Positions 45,741 to 53,188 of a stretch of DNA of 64,000 nucleotides are shown piece by piece (within the stretch, counting starts at the first letter, position 1; each line of letters begins with the position of its first letter). The translations under genes were made by a program, and so were the position numbers. Origin of the DNA: an uncultured Methanosarcinales archaeon (GTDB taxonomy: Archaea; Nanobdellota; Nanobdellia; Woesearchaeales; CAYPCY01); assembly GCA_964409385.1 (NCBI GenBank), contig CAYPCY010000003.1:1885-65884 (forward strand). The letters are read 5' to 3'. The notes beneath the pieces were generated by a model, which saw only the letters and a program-made list of their open reading frames with translations, made no database searches and was not told where the DNA came from.

Positions 45741-46967
45741 ATGGGAAAAATCGGACCAGAATCCGCAAAATACATTGTTAACGCGCACATTTCAATTGAA
45801 GGAATCGTTGATAAACCAGACGTTATTGGTGCAATCTTCGGTCAAACAGAAGGACTCTTAGGTGCAGAATTAGAATTAAGAGAACTACAAAGATCAGGAA
45901 GGATAGGAAGAATAGAAGTTGATACTCAAACAAAGAGTGGGAAAACTTCAGGAAATATAATAATTCCAAGTTCTTTAGATAAGGCAGAAACTGCAATTAT
46001 TGGAGCAGCATTAGAAGTTATTCAAAGAATAGGTCCTTGTACTGCAAAAATAAATGTAAAAAAAATAGAAGATATTAGAATAAGTAAAAGAACATTAATT
46101 GTTGACAGGGCAAAAGAATTATTGAAAGATCTTGTTAATAATGTTATGCCTGACAGTCAGGACTTATCTGACCAAGTAGCATATTCAGTAAGAGTTGCTG
46201 AAATTACTAGTTATGGTAAAGAAAAATTACCTGCAGGACCTAATATTGAAGATTCTGATGAACTAATAATTGTAGAAGGAAGAGCAGATGTTCTAAATCT
46301 TTTAAAATTTGGTTTTAAAAACACTATTGCAGTTAATGGAACTTCAATACCTAAAGAAGTTGCTGAATTAACAAAACAAAAAACAGCAACAGTCTTCGTA
46401 GATGGAGACAGGGGTGGAAATTTAATAGTTAAAGAACTATTAAATGTTGCAGAAATTGACTTTGTAGCAAAAGCACCCGATGGGAAAGAAGTTGAAGAAA
46501 TCACAAGTAAGGAGATTCATAAATCCTTAAGATCTAAAATGACTGCTGAACAGTTTAAACTAGAAATGGGAACAGAAAAATCTACTGGAAAAACAAGAGA
46601 AGTTAGACCTAAAACACCAGTTAGAAAATCAACTCCAACTACAAATTCTAACTCTAATAGAAGAAGAAAAGTAGTTAGTAAAGCAGAGAAAGAAAAATTC
46701 TCTGAAATGTTGGATGAATTACTAGGAACTAGAGGAGCATTCATTCTTGATGAAAATCTTAATGTTCTTGGAAGAGTACCTGTTTCTGAACTGGAATCTA
46801 CATTAAAGAGTTTGAACTCTGGAGTTTATGCTGTGGTTATGGAAGGAAATTGTGATAAATCAATCATAGAATCTGCAGAGAAAGCAAGAGTTAAATTATT
46901 AATTGCTAAAGATTCGAAAGTTAAAAGCTCAAGATCTGTTGAAATATTAGTTTCTTCAGATCTTTAG
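45741..46967 (+). CDS. dnaG: Archaeal DnaG primase (Toprim)
   Basis: Toprim motifs IVEGRADVLNL and VFVDGDRGG, with the archaeal DnaG N-terminal domain; 408 aa. Confidence 0.9.
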   Translation: MGKIGPESAKYIVNAHISIEGIVDKPDVIGAIFGQTEGLLGAELELRELQRSGRIGRIEVDTQTKSGKTSGNIIIPSSLDKAETAIIGAALEVIQRIGPCTAKINVKKIEDIRISKRTLIVDRAKELLKDLVNNVMPDSQDLSDQVAYSVRVAEITSYGKEKLPAGPNIEDSDELIIVEGRADVLNLLKFGFKNTIAVNGTSIPKEVAELTKQKTATVFVDGDRGGNLIVKELLNVAEIDFVAKAPDGKEVEEITSKEIHKSLRSKMTAEQFKLEMGTEKSTGKTREVRPKTPVRKSTPTTNSNSNRRRKVVSKAEKEKFSEMLDELLGTRGAFILDENLNVLGRVPVSELESTLKSLNSGVYAVVMEGNCDKSIIESAEKARVKLLIAKDSKVKSSRSVEILVSSDL

Positions 46968-47446
46968 TCTTCTTTTTTTAATAAATTATATTTTTCAAGA
47001 GTCGCCTTGTATATTGAATACTCAGGGCTTTTCTTAAAATTTTTTAGATTTGTAGGAGATAGTTTTTTTAACCATTCGTTTTGAATCCTTAAAACATCCT
47101 TTATTTCTTCATTAATTTCAAGAATATCTTGTATTTCTTGAATATCATCCTCTTCAGTAACAATTCTATTTCTTCTAAATAGATTATTAGCAAAACTGAA
47201 AAGACTAAAACTTTTCTTTATTGGTTCTTCTAACTCTTCAAAATCATCTTCTATATCTTCAAACTCTTCGAAATCTTCAAATAATTCATTAGGAGTTTGT
47301 TTCTTCTTTTTTTTAGGAAATGAAAGTTTTGGAATTTTTATACTGGAAAATAAAGGTTCTTTTTTTGTAAATCCTTTTCTAGAACTCAAGTAATCATCTA
47401 AATCTTTATTAAATTCTCCCTGCATAAATCCACCCAATTTAAACAC
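46964..47446 (-). CDS. Hypothetical acidic protein
   Basis: ORF only, with an acidic FEDFEEFEDIEDDFEELEE tract. Confidence 0.35.
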   Translation of the reverse strand: MFKLGGFMQGEFNKDLDDYLSSRKGFTKKEPLFSSIKIPKLSFPKKKKKQTPNELFEDFEEFEDIEDDFEELEEPIKKSFSLFSFANNLFRRNRIVTEEDDIQEIQDILEINEEIKDVLRIQNEWLKKLSPTNLKNFKKSPEYSIYKATLEKYNLLKKED

Positions 47447-47487
47447 AAGGAGACAGGTTTAAATACTTTTTGATTTCAATATGTTAA

Positions 47488-47793
47488 ATGAGAGTTGTTA
47501 CAGGAAAGTTTTGTAAAACCTTTCTTTCAAGAAGTATAGGATTGATGTTTTCAAAACCTACAACTTTAATATTTGAATTCCCTAATGAAGAAAGAATACC
47601 ATTACATATGTGGTTTGTTTTTTATCCAATAAATGCATATTTTTTAGATTCTGAAAAGAAGATTGTAGAAATAAAAAGATTGATTCCTTTTACTTTGTTT
47701 ACTTCAAAGAAAAAATCAAAATATCTTATTGAAACTGTTGAAAATCTTAATTTGAAAAAAGGAGAAAAAATTTTATTCAAGACCAAGATCTAA
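47488..47793 (+). CDS. DUF192-family protein
   Basis: 101 aa, with a PLHMWFVFYPINAYFLD..KIVEIKRLIPF pattern. Confidence 0.55.
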   Translation: MRVVTGKFCKTFLSRSIGLMFSKPTTLIFEFPNEERIPLHMWFVFYPINAYFLDSEKKIVEIKRLIPFTLFTSKKKSKYLIETVENLNLKKGEKILFKTKI

Positions 47794-47976
47794 ATCTAAA
47801 TCTTCATCAGCATCAATATCATCTTCTAATGTGTTTAAATCATCAGCTTCAGCAACTAAATCATCAAGATCTTCATCAGAAACAATATCTACAGTATCGT
47901 TTCCTTCATTAACAATTGGAGCACAGCTAATTAGAAACAGAGCAATTAATAATATTAGTAGCGTCTTCATTTTCAT
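47773..47976 (-). CDS. Small acidic lipoprotein-like protein
   Basis: MKMKTLLILLIALFLISC lipobox-like signal followed by a D/E-rich tail. Confidence 0.45.
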   Translation of the reverse strand: MKMKTLLILLIALFLISCAPIVNEGNDTVDIVSDEDLDDLVAEADDLNTLEDDIDADEDLDLDLGLE

Positions 47977-48824
47977 ACCTCTATAGTTCTTAATTTAATA
48001 ACAATATCTTTAATTTCGACATATGTTTTCTTCAAAACATTATTTGTTTGTTTTATGCTAGAACTAGCCCTGATAAATATTGCATTTGCTGTTTCTACAT
48101 CCGAAATTTCTGAATATGTATTGTGCGCTTCTTTTAATAAATCTTCAGCAGTTATTAAATTGTTTTTTACTAAAGACAGTCTTTCATTAAATTCTGTAAC
48201 GTCAAAACCATTATCTTCTAAATTTTGTATTTTTATTTCTATCTTTCCAGAAATCTTTCTTGCTTTTGAAATTCCTGCTTTTGCTTTAGAAACTAATACA
48301 AAACCACTATGTTTTTTAACTATTAATTTTGTCTTAACCCATTCTCTCTTAATTGTTTTAGAAACTGTTGTTAAATCTTCTTGAGTTTCTATATTTATAA
48401 TGTCTTCTTGTAAACCTTCTAATAAGTTAATATGTATGTTTATTTCATCTATTAATTCTTCAGGTTTAACTATGAATTCTGATGTTTCCACTCTTGTTTT
48501 TATTTGTTCTAGTTGATTAATTATTTTGTCAACTGCTTTCGCTAGGAATTTCTTTCCCTTATTAATAACAACTTCTTTGTTTTCTATGCTTTTTGCTAAT
48601 TGCCAATTGCTTCTTGCCGTTAAAAACTCACTTTTTGAAGAAATATACGCGTTTTTTGCGATCAGATACTTGTTCTTTGCTAAATTGTGTTTTTGTTTTA
48701 TTAACTTCATAGCGGATAATTTAGAATCTTCTCCAGGCATTGTTGGAACTGCTATTACTTGTGTAACTAAGCTAATTAAAAGGATGAAAATCAATATTAA
48801 TCCTGTTCTATTCATTTTAATCAT
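47973..48824 (-). CDS. Secreted alpha-helical/coiled-coil protein
   Basis: Signal peptide followed by long helical heptad-like sequence. Overlaps the downstream gene by 4 nt. Confidence 0.45.
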   Translation of the reverse strand: MIKMNRTGLILIFILLISLVTQVIAVPTMPGEDSKLSAMKLIKQKHNLAKNKYLIAKNAYISSKSEFLTARSNWQLAKSIENKEVVINKGKKFLAKAVDKIINQLEQIKTRVETSEFIVKPEELIDEINIHINLLEGLQEDIINIETQEDLTTVSKTIKREWVKTKLIVKKHSGFVLVSKAKAGISKARKISGKIEIKIQNLEDNGFDVTEFNERLSLVKNNLITAEDLLKEAHNTYSEISDVETANAIFIRASSSIKQTNNVLKKTYVEIKDIVIKLRTIEV

Positions 48825-48890
48825 GTTTAGAAACTGTATAGCCAGTATTTAATGTTTTCGGATTTTATAGATGAAAATCTTCCGAAATTA

Positions 48891-48936
48891 GTCTCACAAG
48901 AGTCTCAGACTTGTCTCAATGTTGTCTCATTGAGAC
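48891..48936. promoter_or_regulatory. Iteron array 1: four GTCTCA repeats at 11-bp spacing plus one inverted TGAGAC
   Basis: GTCTCA at 48891, 48902, 48913 and 48924; TGAGAC at 48931. It includes the 30-bp repeat TAGTCTCACAAGAGTCTCAGACTTGTCTCA (48889-48918). Confidence 0.6.
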
Positions 48937-49022
48937 AAAATATTCAAAATGTTCTGGTTTTCAGTTACAAAAATCATCGTCGCTGCGAGCATAAATTCAC
49001 TTTCCAGTGGAAATGAGGGGGT

Positions 49023-49079
49023 GTCTCAAAGTAGTCTCACAAGAGTCTCAGACTTGTCTCAGACAGTATGTTTTGAGAC
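49023..49079. promoter_or_regulatory. Iteron array 2: four GTCTCA repeats at 11-bp spacing plus one inverted TGAGAC
   Basis: GTCTCA at 49023, 49034, 49045 and 49056; TGAGAC at 49074. The 30-bp repeat recurs at 49032-49061. An A/T-rich TATA-like stretch lies immediately downstream at 49084-49098. Confidence 0.6.
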
Positions 49080-49113
49080 AAAACTTTTTAAATATTTAAT
49101 CATAGAAACAATT

Positions 49114-49536
49114 ATGGGAGAGGAGTTCAAACAAGCAATAATAGCTAGTTTCCAAAATATCAGACAGGACATGGAAGAATTAAAAGAAAATTCTAAAATT
49201 AATAAAGAACTAATAAACAAATTAGAACAAGACAATATAGAACTAAAGAGTAAAGTAAAAGAATTAACAAAAGAAATAGACGATTTAAACAATAAAGACC
49301 CTTTAAAGAGAGAAATAATAAACAAATTAAACAGGAATAAGAAGGAATTAATCAAATCAAAGATTCTAGAGCTTGTTGATCTAGAAAGATATTCCATACC
49401 TGAAATTAAAGAAATCCTCGTAGACAAGAATAAATACTGCTCTAAAGCCACATTTTATAGATACTTAGAAGACATTAAAGGATTAATCAATGAAGTCTCT
49501 ATAGGCTCTAAAATACTAACAGTAAGGAATAAATAA
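49114..49536 (+). CDS. Coiled-coil protein with C-terminal helix-turn-helix (candidate iteron-binding regulator)
   Basis: ATG at 49114 (MGEEFKQAII); the track ORF from 48949 would read through the iterons. The C-terminus YSIPEIKEILVDKNKYCSKATFYRYLEDIKG looks like an HTH. Confidence 0.5.
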   Translation: MGEEFKQAIIASFQNIRQDMEELKENSKINKELINKLEQDNIELKSKVKELTKEIDDLNNKDPLKREIINKLNRNKKELIKSKILELVDLERYSIPEIKEILVDKNKYCSKATFYRYLEDIKGLINEVSIGSKILTVRNK

Positions 49537-49544
49537 TCTAAAGA

Positions 49545-49603
49545 ATTAGTGTGCTTGAACGTTAGCGAAACACACATCCGAAGATACGGCAGAAAATATA
49601 AGG
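49545..49603. repeat. Conserved structured element, copy 2 (abutting the tRNA-Trp 3' end)
   Basis: Aligns with 37261..37321. Shared core tccgaRgatacggcRgaaaatRta. Stem GTGTG(49549-53)/CACAC(49571-75). Confidence 0.6.
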
Positions 49604-49723
49604 TGGGGGCGTCCGGATTCGAACCGGAATCTGCTGGTTTAGCCTATTGTAAGTCATCGCATAAAGCTCATCGCTCCACAATAACTGGAGCCAGCCATTC
49701 TAGCCAGGTTATACTACGCCCCC
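49604..49723 (-). tRNA. tRNA-Trp (CCA) with a 46-nt intron at 37/38 (about 49639-49684)
   Basis: Acceptor GGGGGCG/CGCCCCC with discriminator A, anticodon stem GCTGG/CCAGC, loop CTCCAG|intron|A, T-arm TCCGG-TTCGAAT-CCGGA. The D-stem is weak (GTAT/GAAT) and the BHB is relaxed. Confidence 0.7.
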
Positions 49724-49748
49724 AATAGAAAAAAGGCAAGAAAAGAAA

Positions 49749-49756
49749 CTTATAAG
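49749..49756 (-). promoter_or_regulatory. TATA-like box (CTTATAAG) for tRNA-Trp
   Basis: Centred about 29 nt upstream of the tRNA 5' end. Confidence 0.4.
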
Positions 49757-49761
49757 CTTTT

Positions 49762-51849
49762 TCATTTCTTCTTAGAAGTTTTATGAATAGAAGATATAAA
49801 TATATTAATACATCCAACCAGAAAGAAAGCCAACACTAAATAAATATAATTACCATACACATTAATCCACTCTGTCAATGTCTTTTCTTCTCTTAATATA
49901 GGCTGGAAAGTAAAAATAGGACTTTCAATAAGTCCAGACTCATCCCCTGCTAAGAATACAGCATTAAACTGTTCTAAACTAGCAGAATTAACAGTAATTA
50001 AAGAAGTATTAACAAAAATATCTTCAGAGCCATTGTAAAAGAAAGAAATATTATCAAAATCTGCATCAGAAATGAAATCATTCAAGTCTAAAGTTAAAGA
50101 TTCATTAACAAAAAATTCAAAGTATAAAGAAGACTCATTAGAATATGGCTCTTGTAAATCTAAATGAGTTGAAACAACAAATCCTACAAAGAAAATAAAC
50201 GCTAAAACAGGAATAAAAACATAAGGGTTCTTATTGAATTTCCTCTTAATCTTAGCAGTCTTAACAATTAAAGTGCAAGCTAACAACAAAACAATCAAGG
50301 TAATCACAGCCAATGAAGGAATAGCAACATTACTTTCTCCAAACGCAATAATTGTCTTTTCAAACTCATTATAATCCCTATATTTAGTAGTAATAGTGAA
50401 ATTATAAGAGAAATCTCCATAAGTTAAAGTAATATTAGATTCATAAATTGCAAAAGGTTTAGTAGTGTTAACATTAAACTTCAAACTTCCCGGAATAGAA
50501 ATATTCATTGTTTCCAAAGATAATATTTCAGATTCTAACTCAACATCAAAATAAGACGCTTGAAAACCTGAAGGTTTTACAAACAAGTCAATACTATTAT
50601 AATGTGGTTTTATTACCAAGAAATCTTTACTTAATTTAGGTTTATAACAAGATTCTGAAGTTTGGTATTCTATCTTAAAAGACTCTTCATCAGAAAGTTC
50701 TTCATATCCCTTCAAATAAACAATCGCTGTTTCTCTACTGGAGAAATCAGAAGCGTTAATTATTTCAAATTCTATAAGTTCTGAAGAATTAACTTCTACC
50801 TTAACTTCTTTTGAAGTATTAAATAGTGAGACAACATAATCTCCAGAATAAACTCCTGTATTTTCTATATTGACTTCTACAGGAGATTCACAAAGTTGTT
50901 GATCTTCAACCAATAATTTAGGAATATTACAATTTATGGTAGAAATATTAATTGAATAAGTTTTTGTTTTGGAAGAAGAATAAACCTTCAATTTTAAAAC
51001 TTCAGAAGTTTCAACATCAGAAAATAAAGAAAGTTTCAAATCTTTAGATTCTAGAGCTTCTAAAGAAAAAGAAGTATTATCTAACTCTCCAAAACTAGTT
51101 TCTAAAGTGAAATTATCCGAACTTAAATTATTATTAGTTAATGAAATTATGATTTCTTCAGAAACTCCCTGACATAAAGAATATTGTTCTTCCATTCTTA
51201 ACTCATGAGAATAGCAAGACTTAAATCCAGGAAATGAAATTTTTGCTTTTAAATTATTATTAAGTGCCTTAACTGTGAATGTCGTATTCGCTTCACCAGT
51301 ACTATTTAATTCTATGATTAAATTATTGAATGCTGCAGATTCTAAAGTAAAATTCTTGAAATAATCTCTAGAATCCACTTCATAATATTCCTTGAAATTA
51401 CCAATGTTTTCAATAGTTAAATTGTAAGTATTTTGTTGATCAAAACAAACTTGTTCATTACTAGTGCCATAAACCATTAAATTCTGACACATCCCAGTCT
51501 TAAAAGTTTTTGAAAATTCTTTAACATTTCCATAAGTAGAACTTATCCTAAAATTGAATTTTCCTTCACTATTCTTACAAGATAGAGGATAATAAATAAT
51601 AAATTCTCCTTGTTGTCCAGGCTCTAAAAATAATTGGTTAGAATCAACATTCAGTTCTGATTCTAAAATATAATAAGAACCATAACTACCAGTATTTTGA
51701 ACTATTATAGAATCTTCAATTTCTGAACATCTACATCCCTGAACAAAACTATTAGTGAAAACTTGAAAAGAATCTGATTGGGTGTTAATTTCAATAGCTT
51801 GAGAAATAGGTAAAATCAATAGTAATAATAAAAAAATAGTTAATCTCAT
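49762..51849 (-). CDS. Large exported protein with CARDB/NEW3-like repeats and C-terminal TM helices
   Basis: ATG at 51849 gives MRLTIFLLLLLILPISQA. Recurrent hxhxNxGxxxxxY strands (IIVQNTGSYGSYY, LTIENIGNFKEYY, VNIENTGVYSGDY). TM segments lie near the C-terminus. Confidence 0.5.
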   Translation of the reverse strand: MRLTIFLLLLLILPISQAIEINTQSDSFQVFTNSFVQGCRCSEIEDSIIVQNTGSYGSYYILESELNVDSNQLFLEPGQQGEFIIYYPLSCKNSEGKFNFRISSTYGNVKEFSKTFKTGMCQNLMVYGTSNEQVCFDQQNTYNLTIENIGNFKEYYEVDSRDYFKNFTLESAAFNNLIIELNSTGEANTTFTVKALNNNLKAKISFPGFKSCYSHELRMEEQYSLCQGVSEEIIISLTNNNLSSDNFTLETSFGELDNTSFSLEALESKDLKLSLFSDVETSEVLKLKVYSSSKTKTYSINISTINCNIPKLLVEDQQLCESPVEVNIENTGVYSGDYVVSLFNTSKEVKVEVNSSELIEFEIINASDFSSRETAIVYLKGYEELSDEESFKIEYQTSESCYKPKLSKDFLVIKPHYNSIDLFVKPSGFQASYFDVELESEILSLETMNISIPGSLKFNVNTTKPFAIYESNITLTYGDFSYNFTITTKYRDYNEFEKTIIAFGESNVAIPSLAVITLIVLLLACTLIVKTAKIKRKFNKNPYVFIPVLAFIFFVGFVVSTHLDLQEPYSNESSLYFEFFVNESLTLDLNDFISDADFDNISFFYNGSEDIFVNTSLITVNSASLEQFNAVFLAGDESGLIESPIFTFQPILREEKTLTEWINVYGNYIYLVLAFFLVGCINIFISSIHKTSKKK

Positions 51850-51877
51850 AGTAAAAAAAAGAGAAAAAAATTCAGAC

Positions 51878-53104
51878 TTAGTAATAAGTCTGATCTTCGT
51901 CTTCATCTGATGCGTTCATCTTTCTGAAGCCTATAATTAATCCAAGCAGTATTAAAATAACTACTAGAACAATCAAAGCAACTTCAAGAGTTTTTCTCAA
52001 TGCACTTGAATCAGAAGCGCTTGAAACGTTTGCAGTCAGACTAACCTGGCTTTCTTCACCGTCAGTTGATATGGTAGCTGTAAAAACATTCTCGCCTGAA
52101 GCATCCTCGTTAGCAGTAACTTGGATGAATACAGTCTTTGTTTCTCCGCCATCAACAACTAAAACGTTGCTAGGGTCAATAGTAGCTACACCCCAGGATG
52201 AAACTCCTGATAAGCTAATAGTATAAGTCCTAGCGCTTGAGCCAGTGTTTTGAAGAGTTAAAGGATATGAAGCTGATTCTCCAGCTAGTACATCCTGAGC
52301 GTCTAAAACAGTAACTACGGTTTCAGCATTTTCTTGTGAAGCACACAAGTCTGAAGCAGTAACTGTTAATGTCTTCTCAGCAGATACTTCCCTAGTACCT
52401 TCATCGTAAGAAACTTCAGCTTTCACCGTGTAAGTTCCTTCAGCAGTACATTCTGGAATGAAAACCATTAAGTCTTCAAAAAAGTCAGAATCTTCAGCAA
52501 CTAACTCGTCCAAGTACTGAACATCTTGAAGATTTAGTTCAGGAACAGATAGAGTAACTTTAACATCATCTTGAGATTCTGTTCCAGTATTCTTAACCCT
52601 AATTCTTCCAATAACTGATCTTCCAGCTTCAGTTTCACTTGAAGGACTCAAGCTAAAGTCTGAAATCTTTAATTGATGCCTTGCAGAATCAATCTTTAAA
52701 TCGAAATATTTACTGAAATCTTCCATATTTCTTGCAGAAACTCTAACTTTTAACTGGTAATAGTCAGAATCCATGTTTGATGGAAGTTCTAAATCGAAAT
52801 TCTTAACATAAGAAGTTCCGTTTTCCATATCAAACAAAGAAGATGTTTCTGAAATGGAACCATATTCATAACCGCTAATTGTAACTTCTACTTCAACATT
52901 TTCAGCTGCGGCTGTAGAGTCTAATACAACAGTTAGATCAAACTCTTCACCTCTTTCTAGACTTAACACATTACTATAATCTTCATCAAGGCTTATTCCA
53001 TCTAATTTTACTGTCGAAACAGTAACTGGAACAGCATCTGCGAAAACCATAGTTGACATTAATATGCTAAGTGCCAACATGATAATTATTTTCCCCGAAT
53101 TCAT
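51878..53104 (-). CDS. Exported CARDB/NEW3-like repeat protein with C-terminal TM anchor
   Basis: Signal peptide, VRVKNTGTESQDDV and LTLQNTGSSARTY strands, and a C-terminal anchor LEVALIVLVVILILLGLIIGF plus an acidic tail. Confidence 0.5.
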   Translation of the reverse strand: MNSGKIIIMLALSILMSTMVFADAVPVTVSTVKLDGISLDEDYSNVLSLERGEEFDLTVVLDSTAAAENVEVEVTISGYEYGSISETSSLFDMENGTSYVKNFDLELPSNMDSDYYQLKVRVSARNMEDFSKYFDLKIDSARHQLKISDFSLSPSSETEAGRSVIGRIRVKNTGTESQDDVKVTLSVPELNLQDVQYLDELVAEDSDFFEDLMVFIPECTAEGTYTVKAEVSYDEGTREVSAEKTLTVTASDLCASQENAETVVTVLDAQDVLAGESASYPLTLQNTGSSARTYTISLSGVSSWGVATIDPSNVLVVDGGETKTVFIQVTANEDASGENVFTATISTDGEESQVSLTANVSSASDSSALRKTLEVALIVLVVILILLGLIIGFRKMNASDEDEDQTYY

Positions 53105-53188
53105 ATTAAACCCCTCGTTATTTTTTTATTCTGGAGTAAAAACTCCTGTTAACTATTCGTAAGTTAATACTTTTATTTAAATCTTTCC

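Noticed and set aside
48889-49079. The repeat arrays, read as a CRISPR locus.
   Set aside because: The repeat unit is a 6-mer with 5-nt spacers at 11-bp phase. There are only two clusters and no CRISPR-like 25-40-nt repeat/spacer architecture.
37261-49603. The two copies of the conserved 58-nt element, read as attL/attR of an integrated element targeting tRNA genes. They are direct repeats 12.2 kb apart.
   Set aside because: The enclosed genes are core housekeeping (topoisomerase VI A/B, dnaG, Rio kinase, KH protein, pcm). There is no integrase, and the repeats do not duplicate a tRNA 3' half.
49639-49684. The tRNA-Trp intron, read as an embedded C/D-box guide RNA as in Haloferax. It contains two GCGATGA heptamers.
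   Set aside because: There is no CUGA D or D' box, and the intron is only 46 nt, too short for a dual-guide sRNA.
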